Assembly (NCBI RefSeq): GCF_006345805.1
Contig: NC_043018.1
Location: 16,926,001-16,990,000, forward strand
Source of the DNA: Octopus sinensis
Taxonomy: Eukaryota
Length of the DNA: 64,000 nucleotides
Direction of reading: 5' to 3'
This document shows positions 1-13,240 of this stretch, piece by piece. The translations under genes and the position numbers were made by a program. Every line of letters starts with the position of its first letter. The first letter of the stretch is position 1. The notes below the pieces were generated by a model that worked only from the letters and a program-made list of their open reading frames with translations, was not told the DNA's origin and did not search any database.

Positions 1-119
1 AAGTGGCCTGAACTCTTTACAGGAACACCACCCTGTACATAACTCCATGTCCCCCTACATGGCCTTGCTTTTTGCTTTTTGCGCCAAAAATTAACTAACT
101 AACTAACTAACTAACTATG

Positions 120-1120
120 ACAAACCCCATACCAATATCCTTGCTGAAGAGCTTTGCAGATTATATTAAAGAATCTATCTCTTTTTCATTCTTACTAAAA
201 TGCTTTGAACCATTCATATTGAGCAAATGGTTAATTTTTTCCTTTACTATCTCTAAACTGATACTCTGCCTTTGCCTTTCTCAAAACTAAACTGAAGGGA
301 ATTAAGCGTAACACAATTATCAAAGGAGATAACGAGTCTCCTTGAAAAATACCCCTCTTGATATTAATCTGCCCAAAGGCTCTGTCACCTGAGTAGAGTT
401 CTACTTTTCGTTTCTTCATGCTAAAGCTAATTAACTTATGTTATCTGCAATACTGAATATACTCAAACATTCACTTATCCACGCGTGTGGAATAATGTCA
501 AAGGCTTTCTTATAAGCTATCCATGATATTGTTACATTTTTGCCTTTAATTTTCACTAATTTTAGAACAACTTTGTTTGAGTATAATATATCACGCATGC
601 CTCTAATCTTCTTCCTACAACCTTTCTGTTGTTTTGGCAGCAAATTCTACTGTCAACGTGCTCGTAAATGGTTTCTGAAAGCATTCGTGTTAACAGCTTC
701 CGCAATAAGCAAGTGATTGGTTCATAATTGCTAGCTATATTGCCCTTGCTTTCCTCTTTCATAAATAGTACTGTTCTCCATTTAGTCATCCAATCTGGTA
801 TTAGTCCTCCATTCAGGCAACGCTGAAGATGTTCCCTCAGTCTTTCAATATAAGCTACTAAATTTCTGCAACCAATACCCTTCCAATTCGGCATTTTTCC
901 TAACACTTCACTCACTAACGCATTAGTTAGTCTTATATCTGGCTGATCCCCACTTTCTAATTCCCTTAATTTCTTTAACCACACAGTATTTCTAAATATT
1001 TCTAAATATTACTCCAGATCCATCTAGATTCTTCTCTATTAGGTTTCTCATATTTTCTACATTATTTCCTGCATTATTTTCCTATTAAACTTCCTCTGTC
1101 CTCTCTCAAACAATGTCTGC
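120..1120 (-). mobile_element. Degraded Dong/R4-clade retrotransposon, RT region fragment
   Basis: Minus-strand frames give RT motifs with frameshifts: NYEPITCL, QQKGCRK, WIAYKKAFDIIPH, RGIFQGDSLSPL, and NHLLNMNGSKHFSKNEKEID (decayed YMDD block). The order is colinear with the intact RT at 36519-37925. Confidence 0.85.
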
Positions 1121-1123
1121 GGT

Positions 1124-1548
1124 TACTCTTTTACTCTCTTTACTCTTTTACTTGTTTCAGTCATTTGACTGCGGCCATGCTGGAGCACTGCCTTTAGTCG
1201 AGCAAATCGACCCCGGGGCTTATTCTTTGTAAGTCCAGTACTTATTCTATCGGTCTCTTTTTGCCGAACCGCTAAGTGACGGGGACGTAAACACACCAGC
1301 ATCGGTTGTCAAGCAATGCTAGGGGGACAAACACAGACACACAAACATATACACACACACTTATATATATGTATACATATATACGACAGGCTTCTTTCAG
1401 TTTCCGTCTACCAAATCCACTCACAAGGCATTGGTCGGCCCGGGGCTATAGCAGAAGACACTTGCCCAAGATGCCACGCAATGGGACTGAACCCGGAACC
1501 ATGTAGTTGGTTAGCAAGCTACTTACCACACAGCCACTCCTGCGCCTA
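1124..1548 (-). mobile_element. tRNA-derived SINE, family A (internal TA/TG microsatellite, AAAAGAGT tail)
   Basis: Head GGCGCAGGAGTGGCTGTGTGGTAAG with A-box and B-box-like GGTTCAGTCCC; CORE-like TTGGGCAAGTGTCTT; near-identical to at least 8 other copies in the window. Confidence 0.92.
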
Positions 1549-1773
1549 TCTGATTCTGATATTTTCTCTTCTCATATCTGGAAAGCTTATTTGCTCTTGC
1601 TATTATACACTGCTTCAACTCTTCCATGACTATTCAGGAATAGCTTCCTCTATTTTTCTTGCATACATGCATATATATACACGCAAACATGCATATATAT
1701 ATACATGTACATGTATGTGTCCGCCCGTGCATGCCTGCTTATGTGCATTTGTGTGTTTTTGTGTATATGTGTT

Positions 1774-2005
1774 GGCGGCGAGCTGGCAGAAACGTTAGCA
1801 CGCCGGGCGACATGCGTAGCCGTATTTCGTCTGTCGTTACGTTGTGGGTTCAAATTTCGCCGAGGTCGACTTTGCCTTTCATCCTTTCGGGGTCGATAAA
1901 TTAAGTACCAGTTACGCACTGGGGTCGATATAATCGACTTAATACCTATGTCTGTCCTTGTTTGTCCCCTCTATGTTTAGCCCCTTGTGGGTCATAAAAA
2001 TAAGT
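1774..2005 (+). mobile_element. SINE family B (about 230 bp)
   Basis: Starts GGCGGCGAGCTGGCAGAAACGTTAGC, has B-box-like GTTCAAAT, ends CCCCTTGTGGGT; matches copies at 2413, 28471, 29241 and 55823. Confidence 0.88.
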
Positions 2006-2212
2006 ATATGTGTTTTGTGCGTGCGTGCGTGCGTGCATGTGTGTGTTTGTGTGTTTGTGTGCAGGAAATGCAAGTGAACTGACAAAAATCTAGAAAGTAT
2101 TGAAAACAGAGGATATTTCTCTAAATTTAAAAATACAAAGAAAAGAAAAAGCTGTGTCTTAATCGGTAGTGAAATGTCCGTACATCACTGAAACTTGAAG
2201 TAAACTTAGATA

Positions 2213-2885
2213 TAGGCGCAGGAGTGGCTGTGTGGTAAGTAGCTTGCTAACCAACCACATGGTTCCGGGTTCAGTCCCACTGCGTGGTATTTTGGGCAAG
2301 TGTCTTCTGCTATAGCCCCGGGCCGACCAATGCCTTGTGAGTGGATTTGGTAGACGGAAACTGAAAAGCCTGTCGTATATATGTATATATATATAAGTGT
2401 GTGTATATATTTAGGCGGCGAGCTGGCAGAAACGTTAGCGCGCCGGGCGAAATGCGTAGCCGTATTTCGTCTGCCGTTACGTTCTGAGTTCAAATTCCGC
2501 TGGGGTCGACTTTGCCTTTCATCCATTCGGGGTCGATAAATTAAGTACCAGCTACGCACTGGGGTCGATGTAATCGACTTAATCCGTTTGTTTGTCCTTG
2601 TTTGTCCCCTCTGTATTTAGCCCCTTGTGGGTAGTAAAGAACCATATATAAGTGTGTGTGTATATGTTTGTGTGTCTGTGTTTGTCCCCCTAGCATTGCT
2701 TGACAACCGATGCTGGTGTGTTTACGTCCCCGTTACTTAGCGGTTCGGCAAAAGCGACCGATAGAATAAGTGCTGGGCTTACAAAGAATAAGTCTCGTGG
2801 TCGATTTGCTCGACTAAAGGCGGTGCTCCAGCATGGCCGCAGTCAAATGACTGAAACAAGTAAAAGAGTAAAAGAGTAAGAGTAT
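2213..2885 (+). mobile_element. SINE family A, interrupted by a family B SINE
   Basis: Head half 2213-2410 and tail half 2644-2885 match family A. Confidence 0.9.
2413..2643 (+). mobile_element. SINE family B nested in the family A microsatellite
   Basis: Full family B sequence flanked by ATATATAAGTGTGTGT(GT)ATAT at 2389-2408 and 2644-2665. Confidence 0.9.
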
Positions 2886-3236
2886 ATGTTAAGCAAATGG
2901 TAGGAAATCACAGTCGGTAACTCGTGGATTATGAGAGTAGCCATGTTGTCTTAATAAATTCTTAACAAACTACCTTGCTTTATAAAATGCCAAAATCCCT
3001 TTTTCTCATAAGAATATTCTAGAAGATAACATGCTGAATAAAGGTCGATTCTTCATTATTTAGCGAATTTCAACACGTTGGTGTCTGGTAAAACAGTCAA
3101 CCTTTCGATTTTGGTATTTCTCTAATCCATTCTTGTATGGAGCGTTATAAAAATCTATTCCCCTGATTCTGTGTGTCTATCTGTGTCTGTCACTTACTCA
3201 ATACACAAATGCGTGCGAGGGAGCGCACACATACAG

Positions 3237-3239
<3 letters not shown>

Positions 3240-3293
<54 letters not shown>

Positions 3294-3298
3294 CACAT
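3240..3298. repeat. (CA)n microsatellite
   Basis: Direct reading. Confidence 0.95.
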
Positions 3299-3904
3299 AT
3301 CTTCTCCCTCTGCTTTTATATTATTTATATAATTCTAAACTAAAGCCTGAAGGTGTGGGGATAAAACATAACCCACCATCAATCGAACAAGCCATCAATT
3401 CTCTACAATTTACAATGTCTAATTATGAAATATTTAATCTGAGACGCCCTCACAACAAATTCAAATTGCAGGTTGTGAACACGACATCATTTACAATATT
3501 TGCCATGCCTCCTTTTTACAAACAAATCGTAAATTATCTGAAATAGAATATGTTTTCCTCTCGGAATTTTTTTCTCTCATCTGTCTCCGACATTTCAATA
3601 AATTTTAACTATTGTCTTCTTTTTAATTTTACATTGTTTCTTTATCATCATCGTTTCTTTCCCTTTTCTTCATCATTCATCGTTTATATTTCTGTTACCT
3701 CTGTTTTTTTTCTTCTTTTTTTTTACCACCGCTTGGTTTTCCTTTTTGTTTTTCTTTTGATCCCTTCCTGATTTTTATTATTTCTTTTCCCTTCTTAGTG
3801 TTTATTAAATGTTTTGAATATTTCGTCTGCAGTTTTCTAAAAACCTCTCTTTTTCCCATTCTCAGCACACACACACACACACATACATATATGTATATAT
3901 ATAT

Positions 3905-4168
3905 ATGTAGTAAATGAAAAGAGTCGACGTGGCACCAATAGTAATTGGTGTATTTGGAAATGCCAGCACCCTACCAACATGGTTGAAAAATATTGGTGCA
4001 TGTGCGAAGGTAGAACACCTACAAAACTCAGCATTGACTGGAACTGCGAGAATTCTTCGTAGGGTTCTTGAAGCATGACCAGTAAAAAAAAGGTCACCTT
4101 AGTCTGCTGGGTGTGGGCAGCTGACACTTCCCATAATACCCAGCAAAATAAGCTCTGAGTTTTCATCA

Positions 4169-4233
<65 letters not shown>
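3905..4233 (+). mobile_element. 5'-truncated Dong/R4 3' end with 3' UTR and (TAA)n
   Basis: 3914-4078 reads MKRVDVAPIVIGVFGN...LQNSALTGTARILRRVLEA*, similar to the C-terminus of the intact copy (PIIVGALG...QKIALLGTAHILRRTL); (TAA)n follows at 4170-4233. Confidence 0.85.
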
Positions 4234-4239
<6 letters not shown>

Positions 4240-4242
4240 TAA

Positions 4243-4492
4243 TACCCTGCAAGAAGTGCAAAAGATTGTCTTAACTGGTACATCACACGTATTGAGAAGA
4301 GCATTGTCGATGTGAGAACTATTACTACCCATGTATTTTAATTTAACTTTAAAAAAAATGAACGAACTATTGAGTTTAGTTTAATGGCCTACCAATGTAC
4401 ACTATGAGTTTCTTTGCCCTAGGAGTCGGGAAGACACTCGGCAAGAAATGGAAGCAAATTTGAAAGAAGTAAAAAAAAATAATAATAATAAT
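4243..4492 (+). mobile_element. Second, different Dong/R4 3' end with short (TAA)n
   Basis: Reads LQEVQKIVLTGTSHVLRRALSM*, then a different 3' UTR ending AAATAATAATAATAAT. Confidence 0.8.
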
Positions 4493-4624
4493 TCTTTCTA
4501 CTAAAGGGGAAATGTCTGAAATTTTTGGAAGGCGGATACTAGTCAACTACATCGATTCCAGTGTTTCACTGGTATTTAATTTATCAACCCCGGAAGGATG
4601 AAGATCAAAGTCAACCTCGAAAGA

Positions 4625-5467
4625 CAGTGACAATGCATGGTGCCCTCTACCTCATGGAGAATGTACACAGGCTCTACATAAAGAAGTGTCAAGGAGGAAA
4701 TTTGTTGATTAGCGTACGGGAGTGCATTGATAGTAAAAAAGTAAACATGGCAGAATATTTGGTAAACTGCAAACAAGACCTGCTACACTATGCTGCTAAT
4801 GCAGAAGGATTTAAAAAAATGAACTTGAGAGTGCTCATGAATTCCGATCACGAACAGGCAACAAGAGAGAGAAGAAACCCTATTCTGCAAGGAATTACAT
4901 GGTCAGTTCGCCCGTGAAACTAACAGGAAGCATCATGGAGGTGGCTCAGCAAGGGTGACCTAAAAAGAAGACTGAAAGCTTAATCATTGCTGCCTAGGAT
5001 CAGGCATTGAATACCAACTTAGTGAAAAGGGATATATAGGCGCAGGAGTGGCTGTGTGGTAAGTAGCTTGTCTATCAACCACATGGTTCCGGGTTCAGTC
5101 CCACTGCGTGGCATCTTGGGCAAGTGTCTTCTGCTATAGCCCCGGGCCGACCAAAGCCTTGTGAGTGTATTTGGTAGACGGAAACTGAAAGAAGCCCGTC
5201 GTATATATATGTATATATATATATATGCGTGTGTGTGTTTGTGTGTCTGTGTTTGTCCCCCAGCATTGCTTGACAACCGATGCTGGTGTGTTTACGTCCC
5301 CGTCACTTAGCGGTTCGGCAAAAAAGACCGATAGAATAAGTACTGGGCTTACAAAGAATAAGTCCCGGAGTCGAGTTGCTCGATTAAGTTTCTTCTGCTA
5401 TAGCCCCGGACCGACCAATGCCTTGTGAGTGGATTTGGTAGACGGAAATTGAAAGAAGCCTGTCGTA

Positions 5468-5538
<71 letters not shown>

Positions 5539-6260
5539 GTGTGTGTGCTTGTGTGTCTGTGTTTGTCCCCCTAGCATTGCTTGACAACCGATGCTGGTGT
5601 GTGTTTACGTCCCCGTCACTTAGCGGTTCGGCAAAAAGAGACCGATAGAATAAGTACTGGGCTTACAAAGAATAAGTCCCGGGGTCTAGTTCCTCGATTA
5701 AAGGCGGTGCTCCAGCATGGCGGCATTCAAATGACTGAAACAAGTAAAAGAGTAAAAGAGTAAAAGAGTATACCACACAAATGCAACGAACATCTGCAGA
5801 ATGCGGGTGGAGAAGGTTGAAAGCGTGACTTATATTGTTAGTGTTTGTGAAAGTCTTGTGCTGAAAGAGTACAAGTGTAGACATGACAGGTTAGCACAAA
5901 ACCTTTACTGGTTACAATGCCGGAAGGATGGATACGAGGTAACGGATGCATGGTACTAACATGCACCAGAAAAGGTAATGGACGAAAGAGGAAGGCAAAA
6001 CTCCTCTGGGTCTTCGACTTCTACACAGACAAAGTGTTAGCGCACCGAAGGATATAGTCACGTTTAGGAGGGACAAACCAGAGTGCCTGATATTCGATGT
6101 GACATTACTTGAAAACAAGACAATGGACCCTAATATTCCTAGTTAGATGGAAACTGCAGGACTAGATGGAGCAGCGCACTGTGATTCCTATAGTATGTGC
6201 AGCCGAAACTCCTATGAATCTACGCGTTAACAGATGGAAAATCGAGATGTATGGAGAAAA
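4625..6260 (+). mobile_element. Degraded Dong/R4 C-terminal half, split by a SINE dimer at 5037-5770
   Basis: MHGAL..VHRLYIK..GG, ELHGQF, ESLIIAA*DQAL before the SINE; CRM..VESVTYIVSVC, EYKCRHD and DIV after it. Removing the SINE restores KRDI|YHTN in frame. Confidence 0.85.
5037..5770 (+). mobile_element. Family A SINE tandem dimer (3'-truncated copy plus 5'-truncated copy)
   Basis: The first copy stops near 5388; the sequence restarts at TCTTCTGCTATAGCCC (5391) and runs to the AAAAGAGT tail. Confidence 0.88.
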
Positions 6261-7405
6261 CATGTGGAAACAGTCTTGGAGCGTCCTGCGGGACGACCTG
6301 GAAAGATACCGGAACAGTAATGAGAAAGAGAAAAACAAAAGCAATAAGAGAAATATAGAAAAAATTCAAAAATGAAATAATTTACTCTCTACCCCTATTG
6401 CAGAAAACTGCTATAATCGCCCCCCCCTCCTGCCACTATTTTTATTAACTTTATGTAATTGATTGCTGACATAAATAAATTGTTTTAAATAAAATGGAAT
6501 TTATGAAATAATATTGATGTTTGTTTTATTCCGATTTTCCCCAACATTTTAGAAAAAGGACGCAGATTTCGACGTTGAATCTCAATTTGAAATCGCATTC
6601 ACAACTGCAAGAAAATTTATTTAATAAATTTAATACCGCCGCAATTTCCAGATTGCTTATTTTCTGGTACTTAATGCCGAATAAGATAATTAGCAAAAAC
6701 AACAACAACATCTACAAAAACAACGTCATTCGCAATAACAATGACAACGGAAATGTCATGGACAGTAATAGCATCAACGTTATTGACAACAACAAAAGTA
6801 ACAACAACAACATTACAACATAAGCTACAATAAAATAGATAACTAAAATCGCTAGCAATAATAAGAGCATTAACGATAACAACGAGGAATTTTGGTGAAG
6901 TTTCGGACGCCACGAGGATTTGGGTGTAGACCGGAAGCCTGTCACATCCTTTCGTTAACTGTGTTAGAGGCAATGAAATCGAAAACGAGTTCGACACCTT
7001 TCGGTCCTTCCATCCATGGCCACAGAGGGAGAGAAGGCATCACCAGCATTGCAGCGTATATCTAGGATATTTTATTTTGTTTTGCTCCTCCCCCCCCAGG
7101 TTCCTATAAATGGGTCATCATACAAGGAAATACAATGTAGCTGTGATGATTCTGTTCTGTCCATTTTCAAGTATAATGTACCTTGGAGTACGCTTTCTAG
7201 TGAGTCGAACAAACGGGATAACATCCTCACAGTGGTCTAATGATAGGCTAAAACAAACAGCGAAAAGTTCCTTAAATCACATTTCATTCTTCTAAACTTC
7301 AACGCGGAGAAAAAGACACTTTGAATGACGTAATGCTGTTTCCGTTAGAGTTAGGGGTGGGATGTGACATGTATTTGGACTAAATAACAATTATGATAGC
7401 AATGT

Positions 7406-7788
7406 GGAGGCGCAATGGCCCAGTGGTTAGGGCAGCGGACTCGCGGTCATAGGATCGCGGTTTCAATTCCCAGACCGGGCGTTGTGAGTGTTTATTGAGC
7501 GAAAACACCTAAAGCTCCACCAGGCTCCGGCAGGGGATGGTGGTGATCCCTGCTGTACTCTTTCACCACAACTTTCTCTCACTCTTACTTCCTGTTTCTG
7601 TTGTACCTGTATTTCAAAGGGCCGGCCTTGTCACTCTCTGTGTCACGTTGAATATCCCCGAGAACTAAGTTAACGGTACACGTGTCTGTGGAGTGCTCAG
7701 TCACTTACACGTTAATTTCACGAGCAGGCTGTTTCGTTGATTCGGATCAACCGGAACCCTCGTCGTCGTAACCGACGGAGTGCTTCCA
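7406..7788 (+). mobile_element. tRNA-derived SINE family C (tRNA-Arg-like head)
   Basis: GGAGGCGCAATGGCCCAGTGGTTAGGGCAGCGGACTCGCGG head; exact 13-bp TSD ATGATAGCAATGT at 7393-7405 and 7789-7801. Confidence 0.93.
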
Positions 7789-8664
7789 ATGATAGCAATG
7801 TATTCAATATATATATCAATAAAAAAGACAACAGCAATAAAAAATATTTATTACATTTCGAAAAGTATTGACACTGTATTGTTTTGGGATTTGGTTTGCA
7901 AGATTCTTTATATGAGTTCGTGTGTTGAAGCATATTCTGTTGTGTCTGGGGAGAGTCATTTTCTTTTTGTGCCTTATAATGTAACACACTCGCCGGTGAA
8001 ATTTCCACCTATTTCTTATTTTTATTTTCCTAAAATTTTCATTGCGTCTTGCAACCTTTTCAATAGTCTTGATTTTGTCTTCTATATACACTGCGTTCTC
8101 ATTGTATATTGTATTTTTAAAAATACGGTTGTGTATGATTTGAGGAAGTGTTGGCTTCTGTTTCTGATAGTTTCAGCAACCATGTAGTGACCACTTTGTT
8201 GGTTCCATAAATACCAGATGTCGCAAGAATAAAATATGAAAGCGACGCCAGCAGAGATTGTAAAATCGTTTGGGTTAGATATGGCGACTTATAAACCAAG
8301 AGTCCTCGACACAAGCATCACTACCGCCACACCAACATCCTCTCCACCGCCAGCAACATTTTCACCAACAAAAAAGCTAGCACGTGCATAAACAGCTAAT
8401 AAATCACGTGCATTTTCTAATTTCGCCCAATGACCCCAAACCAAAAATTCAATTATAAAAAAAGTGCTTTAGGTTTTCGTTCCAAGAAAATGAAAGGTAA
8501 AATTTAGATTGGTAGGACTGGAACTCAGAACTTAAAGAATCAATTTAGACACCACAAGATAGTCTCTGGTTCCCTAATGATTCTGTCACATCAATGATTG
8601 AAAAGGAAAAAAAATTAAAATAGTAAAAAAAAGGAACTCCAGAAACAGAAAGTGAAAAAAAGTG

Positions 8665-8672
8665 ATAATATA

Positions 8673-8760
<88 letters not shown>

Positions 8761-8938
8761 TATATTTATTCAACAACAAATCGGTAACAAGAAAAGCAAG
8801 ATTATATAAACCCAGAGAAAATAAAAACCATAAATAACTTAAAATCAAATTGGTTAATTGCAAAAGAGAAAGAATGAAAGGAAAATTAAAATTTCTATGT
8901 CAAGTCACGAACGTTTTTCGACTACTGAATACAACCAG

Positions 8939-9008
<70 letters not shown>

Positions 9009-9120
9009 CACACACACACAAACACACACAAACACACACACACACACACACACACAAATACATATACGCACATACATACACACGCACACATATAGACACT
9101 TACACTTACACATACACACG
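8665..9120. repeat. (TA)n tract at 8665-8765 and (CA)n tract at 8940-9120
   Basis: Direct reading. Confidence 0.95.
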
Positions 9121-9559
9121 ACACAGCAAAAACGAGAAGAAAAAAGACACAACTACTACAGTCAGAGACGTTGTGTGATTGCAGCAAAATCTCGAAGAAT
9201 TATGGGAGATTTATTGGAATCTAACTGTCAGTAAGGAACTCTTTAGACGGAGACTATATCTGGTTGCAGTTTCGACAGATTAATCTATCATAGTTATCTC
9301 CCCCTTCCCCTATTCCACCTCTTAATGTCAACTTATAAACATTTATATACGCCCCACGCCTTCTTCTCCTCCTTCAACATCATCTAGAGTTAAGTAGGTT
9401 TATATCCTCCTTCTCTCAGTATCCTCCCCGCCAAAATATCACACGCAACGACTCTTGAAGTCTTCGGGCGAGTGAAGGATAAGAGATGTTACAGTATAAC
9501 TGAAAGCTTGAGGAGGGAAATAGCGAAATATCTTCCTGTTATTCAACACATACATTTAA

Positions 9560-10905
9560 ATTCATAGGGTTTTTTCTAAGGTTGTGGGCAGTACTTGTCA
9601 GCTCAATCTTTTATATTTCTCTGAGATATGGTTCTTCTGGGTTCTTATCTAGATCATACTTAGGGTACCAACAATAACAGGAAGATTTCTCGTTTTAAGA
9701 TGCCACATCTTTTGTATTTCAATTTCCTGGTCCTTATATTTACTTAGTTTGTCAAATTCCTCGACAGATATATTTTTATCAGGGGGAATACTTACATCTA
9801 TCAATCTACAAGTATTTTCTTCCCTGTCTTTAATAATTATGTCTGATCGATTAGCCTGGATCGTTCTGTCAGTGTTGGCTACAAAACCCCAGAGGATAAT
9901 GCAATTTTTACATACAACGACTGGCTCAGGATGATCGTTCATACCAGTAAGCAGGAGTGCTGATTTTGTAGTGTTTACGTATTTTCCAAAGTAAATGCTG
10001 TCCTACAGTATCGTGGCGATTGTTATATTAGCTTGGTGTTGGCAGAGGGCATCTCGAGACGAGATGGTCTATTGTTTCTCAAATGTGTCGCAGAATCTGC
10101 ATTTAGGATCAGAACAGTTTTGAAGAACGTTAGCCTGGTAGTTGTTTTGTGAGCAAGTTTTGGTCTTGTGCTGCCAATACGAAAACCTCCAGCTTTTGTT
10201 TTCAGTCCTGAACGTCTCAACCATTGATGGGTTGTTGCTTGATCTACATCATCATTTTGACTTCGAAGTATATAGTCCATGCAGGGGCTTCTAACTCCAC
10301 CCTCCTCAGTTCGTTTCTGCCTGTTCTATTTTGCAGCCTGCTTGACCCATTTTGCAGTGGTTTCAGGTTCTTCCACTATTTCAGGATGAATGCATATTCC
10401 CTTGAGAATTTGCAAGGTTCCTTAACAATCGAATGTGACTTTTTGGTGCTTTCGTCCTCTGTACTAGATAAGTAACTGTTCATTGCTATTGGGGAGGTTT
10501 TACAGGGCAGTTCTATCTGCATCATTCCTCTGCCACCATTATTTCTAGGTAGATACAGACGATCAACATCTGCTTTTGGGTGGTGCATGTTCTTAGAAGT
10601 CATTGTTTTTCTTGTTTGCCTATCCAGGCGTTGGAGCTCTGTAAGATTCCAGTCAATGATATTAAAACTGTATTGGACTACTTAAATTGCTGCGATTTTT
10701 AGAGTCGAGTTCAGTTTTTAGTATTAGTCTTATTGTCCTGTAATACTTTTTCTTATTTTTTTACTTCATAGTAGCACGTTGCATACAATCTCCTTCGTTT
10801 ATCGCCAGGTATTTGTAATTTTCTAGTGGCCCAAGCTCCTTGATGCTAGTGTCGGTATCTAATTTAATTGCAGCTGTTTGCCTCTTACAATATTTACTTT
10901 AGCAC
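9560..10905 (-). mobile_element. Degraded 5'-truncated Dong/R4 copy (thumb, Zn knuckle, RLE), preceded on its own strand by (TAA)n
   Basis: MHHPKADVDRLYLPRNNGGRG, QWLRRSGLK, and TDRTIQANRSDIIIKDREENTCRLIDVSIP..KLSKYKD..EIQKMW; the 5' end abuts the 10908-11055 (TTA)n tract. Confidence 0.9.
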
Positions 10906-10907
10906 AC

Positions 10908-10958
<51 letters not shown>

Positions 10959-11002
10959 TATTATTATTATCATTATTATTATTATCATTATTATTATTAT
11001 TA

Positions 11003-11055
<53 letters not shown>

Positions 11056-11183
11056 GTAGTAGTAGTAGTAGTAGTAGTATAGTAGTAGTAGTAGTAATGT
11101 AACTAGTTGGCACAAAGGAGCGAAGAGAGAAGATTAATTCTTGTTCACGACGAAGACGGGAGTCCGGATGTATGTATGTATGT

Positions 11184-11238
<55 letters not shown>

Positions 11239-11280
11239 CATATACATACGCACATATATATGTGTGTGTGTGCGTGTGTG

Positions 11281-11312
<32 letters not shown>
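10908..11312. repeat. Compound (TTA)n/(TAG)n/(TA)n microsatellites
   Basis: Direct reading. Confidence 0.95.
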
Positions 11313-11313
<1 letters not shown>

Positions 11314-12030
11314 CACGCGCGTATGCGTACATACATATTTATGAATGCAACCGGTATACAGATACATACGAAAAAATGCCCTGTAAAACATCGCCCAGTG
11401 AAAAAAGGAAATTGATTTATGTTGCAGTCCTGTTCCTTCTTGTCTGGCGCTGATTTGAGATTTTAGCATTTACTAGCTTCTGAAAAGATTACAGAGTGAA
11501 AGGATTACAGAAAGTGGAGGAAAAAACAAAAAACTAACTGAATAGCAAAGTTTTATGCCAAGCCACGTAAGTGTTTCTATAAAATTCTCGTTGTTGTTTG
11601 CTGTTAGAAAGGTAATGTCAGGATTGAGTTCGAATGAAGCAAAGGATTTGTAGATCCTGCTTAGTTGCTGACAATGGCAGCTGTTGCAGAGGCAAAAGTG
11701 GAATCATGTCCAGCATGTCTAATGTTTAAATAATGAAGCTGATAAAAATATATATATACAGTATTACCAAATACTTATGGACCACATCAATGAATAGATA
11801 TCGATTATGCAGGATAATTTTAGATGAAACTGAATCATTTCACTTGCGTTGAGCTCCGATAAACATTTTACGCAATATTTCATACACGTAAGCACGCAGA
11901 TAGACATATATGCACACACGAGCGCGCACACGCATGCGCACATCTTGCGTGTTGGTCTCATCCAAGAAGGTCACCTGTCTGTCTGTCGATCTGTCTGCCT
12001 GTCTGTATGTGAGAGTGTGTATGAATATAT

Positions 12031-12380
12031 GAGTTTCTCGACATTTACGTCAGCAGACACCACTCCGTTCTCACTACCTCCATAGCACTACAAACACACT
12101 GACTCCCACTCCTACCTTAACTTCTCCTCCTACTACTCTACCCCACACCAAGCTCTCCATCCCTTGCTCCCGATCCCTCCGTTTACGTGGGCCCTGCAGT
12201 GACGACTATGACTTTGAGACTCAGTCTCAACTCACGCCTCACCACTTAATATTACGTGGATGTCCCCTCACCATTGTCCACACTGCTCTTCCCTGGGCAC
12301 GATCTATGGACCGCGCCGCTACACTTTCTCCTCGCTCCCGCCCCACCCTCACCCGTCTCCACGTTCCTTCTGTGTTCATA
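12031..12380 (+). mobile_element. Penelope-like element RT C-terminal (thumb/linker) remnant
   Basis: With two frameshifts it reads EFLDIYVS...TTSI-YKHTDSHSYLNFSS..-SIPCSRSLRLRGPCSDDYDFE...LILRGCP, the typical PLE FLD / YRKPT / S.P.SQ.LRL.R.CS / RGYP succession. Confidence 0.75.
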
Positions 12381-12819
12381 CTTCCTCTCTTTGTCACACG
12401 TGTTCCCTCTCACTCCCCCTCTCTCGCTCTCAGTCAGTCTATGTATGATCAAACATATATACGTTTCAATGTGAGCAAGTATATATATATATGTACGTAA
12501 ATGTATATATAATTACGCAATTACAACATATATAATTACGTTCTAGGAGTGGCATTTTATGCCATTTAAATGTTAAAATAATTCCTCAACTAACAACGTA
12601 AATAGCTTAAATATCGCTCGTAGACAAGAGCGCACCTGCATGAGTATGTGTGCACGTGTGTTTCTCCCTCTCTGTGTGCGTATGTGTGTGTGTGTGTCAA
12701 TTTGTCTGTGTGTTTGTTAATGTTTCTCTCTGTGTGTACGTGAATATGTTTTGTGCAAATGCGATGTGTTTTCATGTTTTCATCAAAACATGACAAATAC
12801 TTTACAGTTACCTACATTA

Positions 12820-13240
12820 TATATATGTATATGCATATGTATATATATATATATGTATATGCATATGTATATGTATACGTATATATATATATATATATAT
12901 ATACATATATATGTATATATATATGTGTATATATATATATATATGTATGTATATATGTATGTATGTATGTATGTGTGTGTATAAATATATATGTATGTAA
13001 TTATATATACATATACACATATATATATATACATGCATACATATATATATATATGTGTGGTGTGTGCATAAATATATATGTATGTATTTATATATACATA
13101 TACAAATATATATACATACATGCATAAATACATACATATATATATACATACATACATATATCTAATATATATATATATATATTATATATAATATATAATA
13201 TAATATATAATATATATATATATATATATTTATATATTAT
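12820..13240. repeat. Degenerate TA/TATG microsatellite block
   Basis: Direct reading; source of several spurious ORFs. Confidence 0.95.

Noticed and set aside
7406-7480. tRNA-Arg gene (also 32940-33013 and 53358-53420)
   Set aside because: The tRNA-like head continues into a 300-bp shared body with TSDs and has no proper acceptor stem, so it is a SINE head.
9255-9305. Minus-strand stem GATAGA-TTAA-TCTGTC followed by GAAAC and a downstream AATAAA
   Set aside because: The CUGANGA core is absent; at best a deleted hammerhead relic.
11140-11170. ACGACGAA-GAC-GGGA-GTC, similar to the 47215 motif
   Set aside because: No GAAA or stem III follows; it is truncated by a microsatellite.
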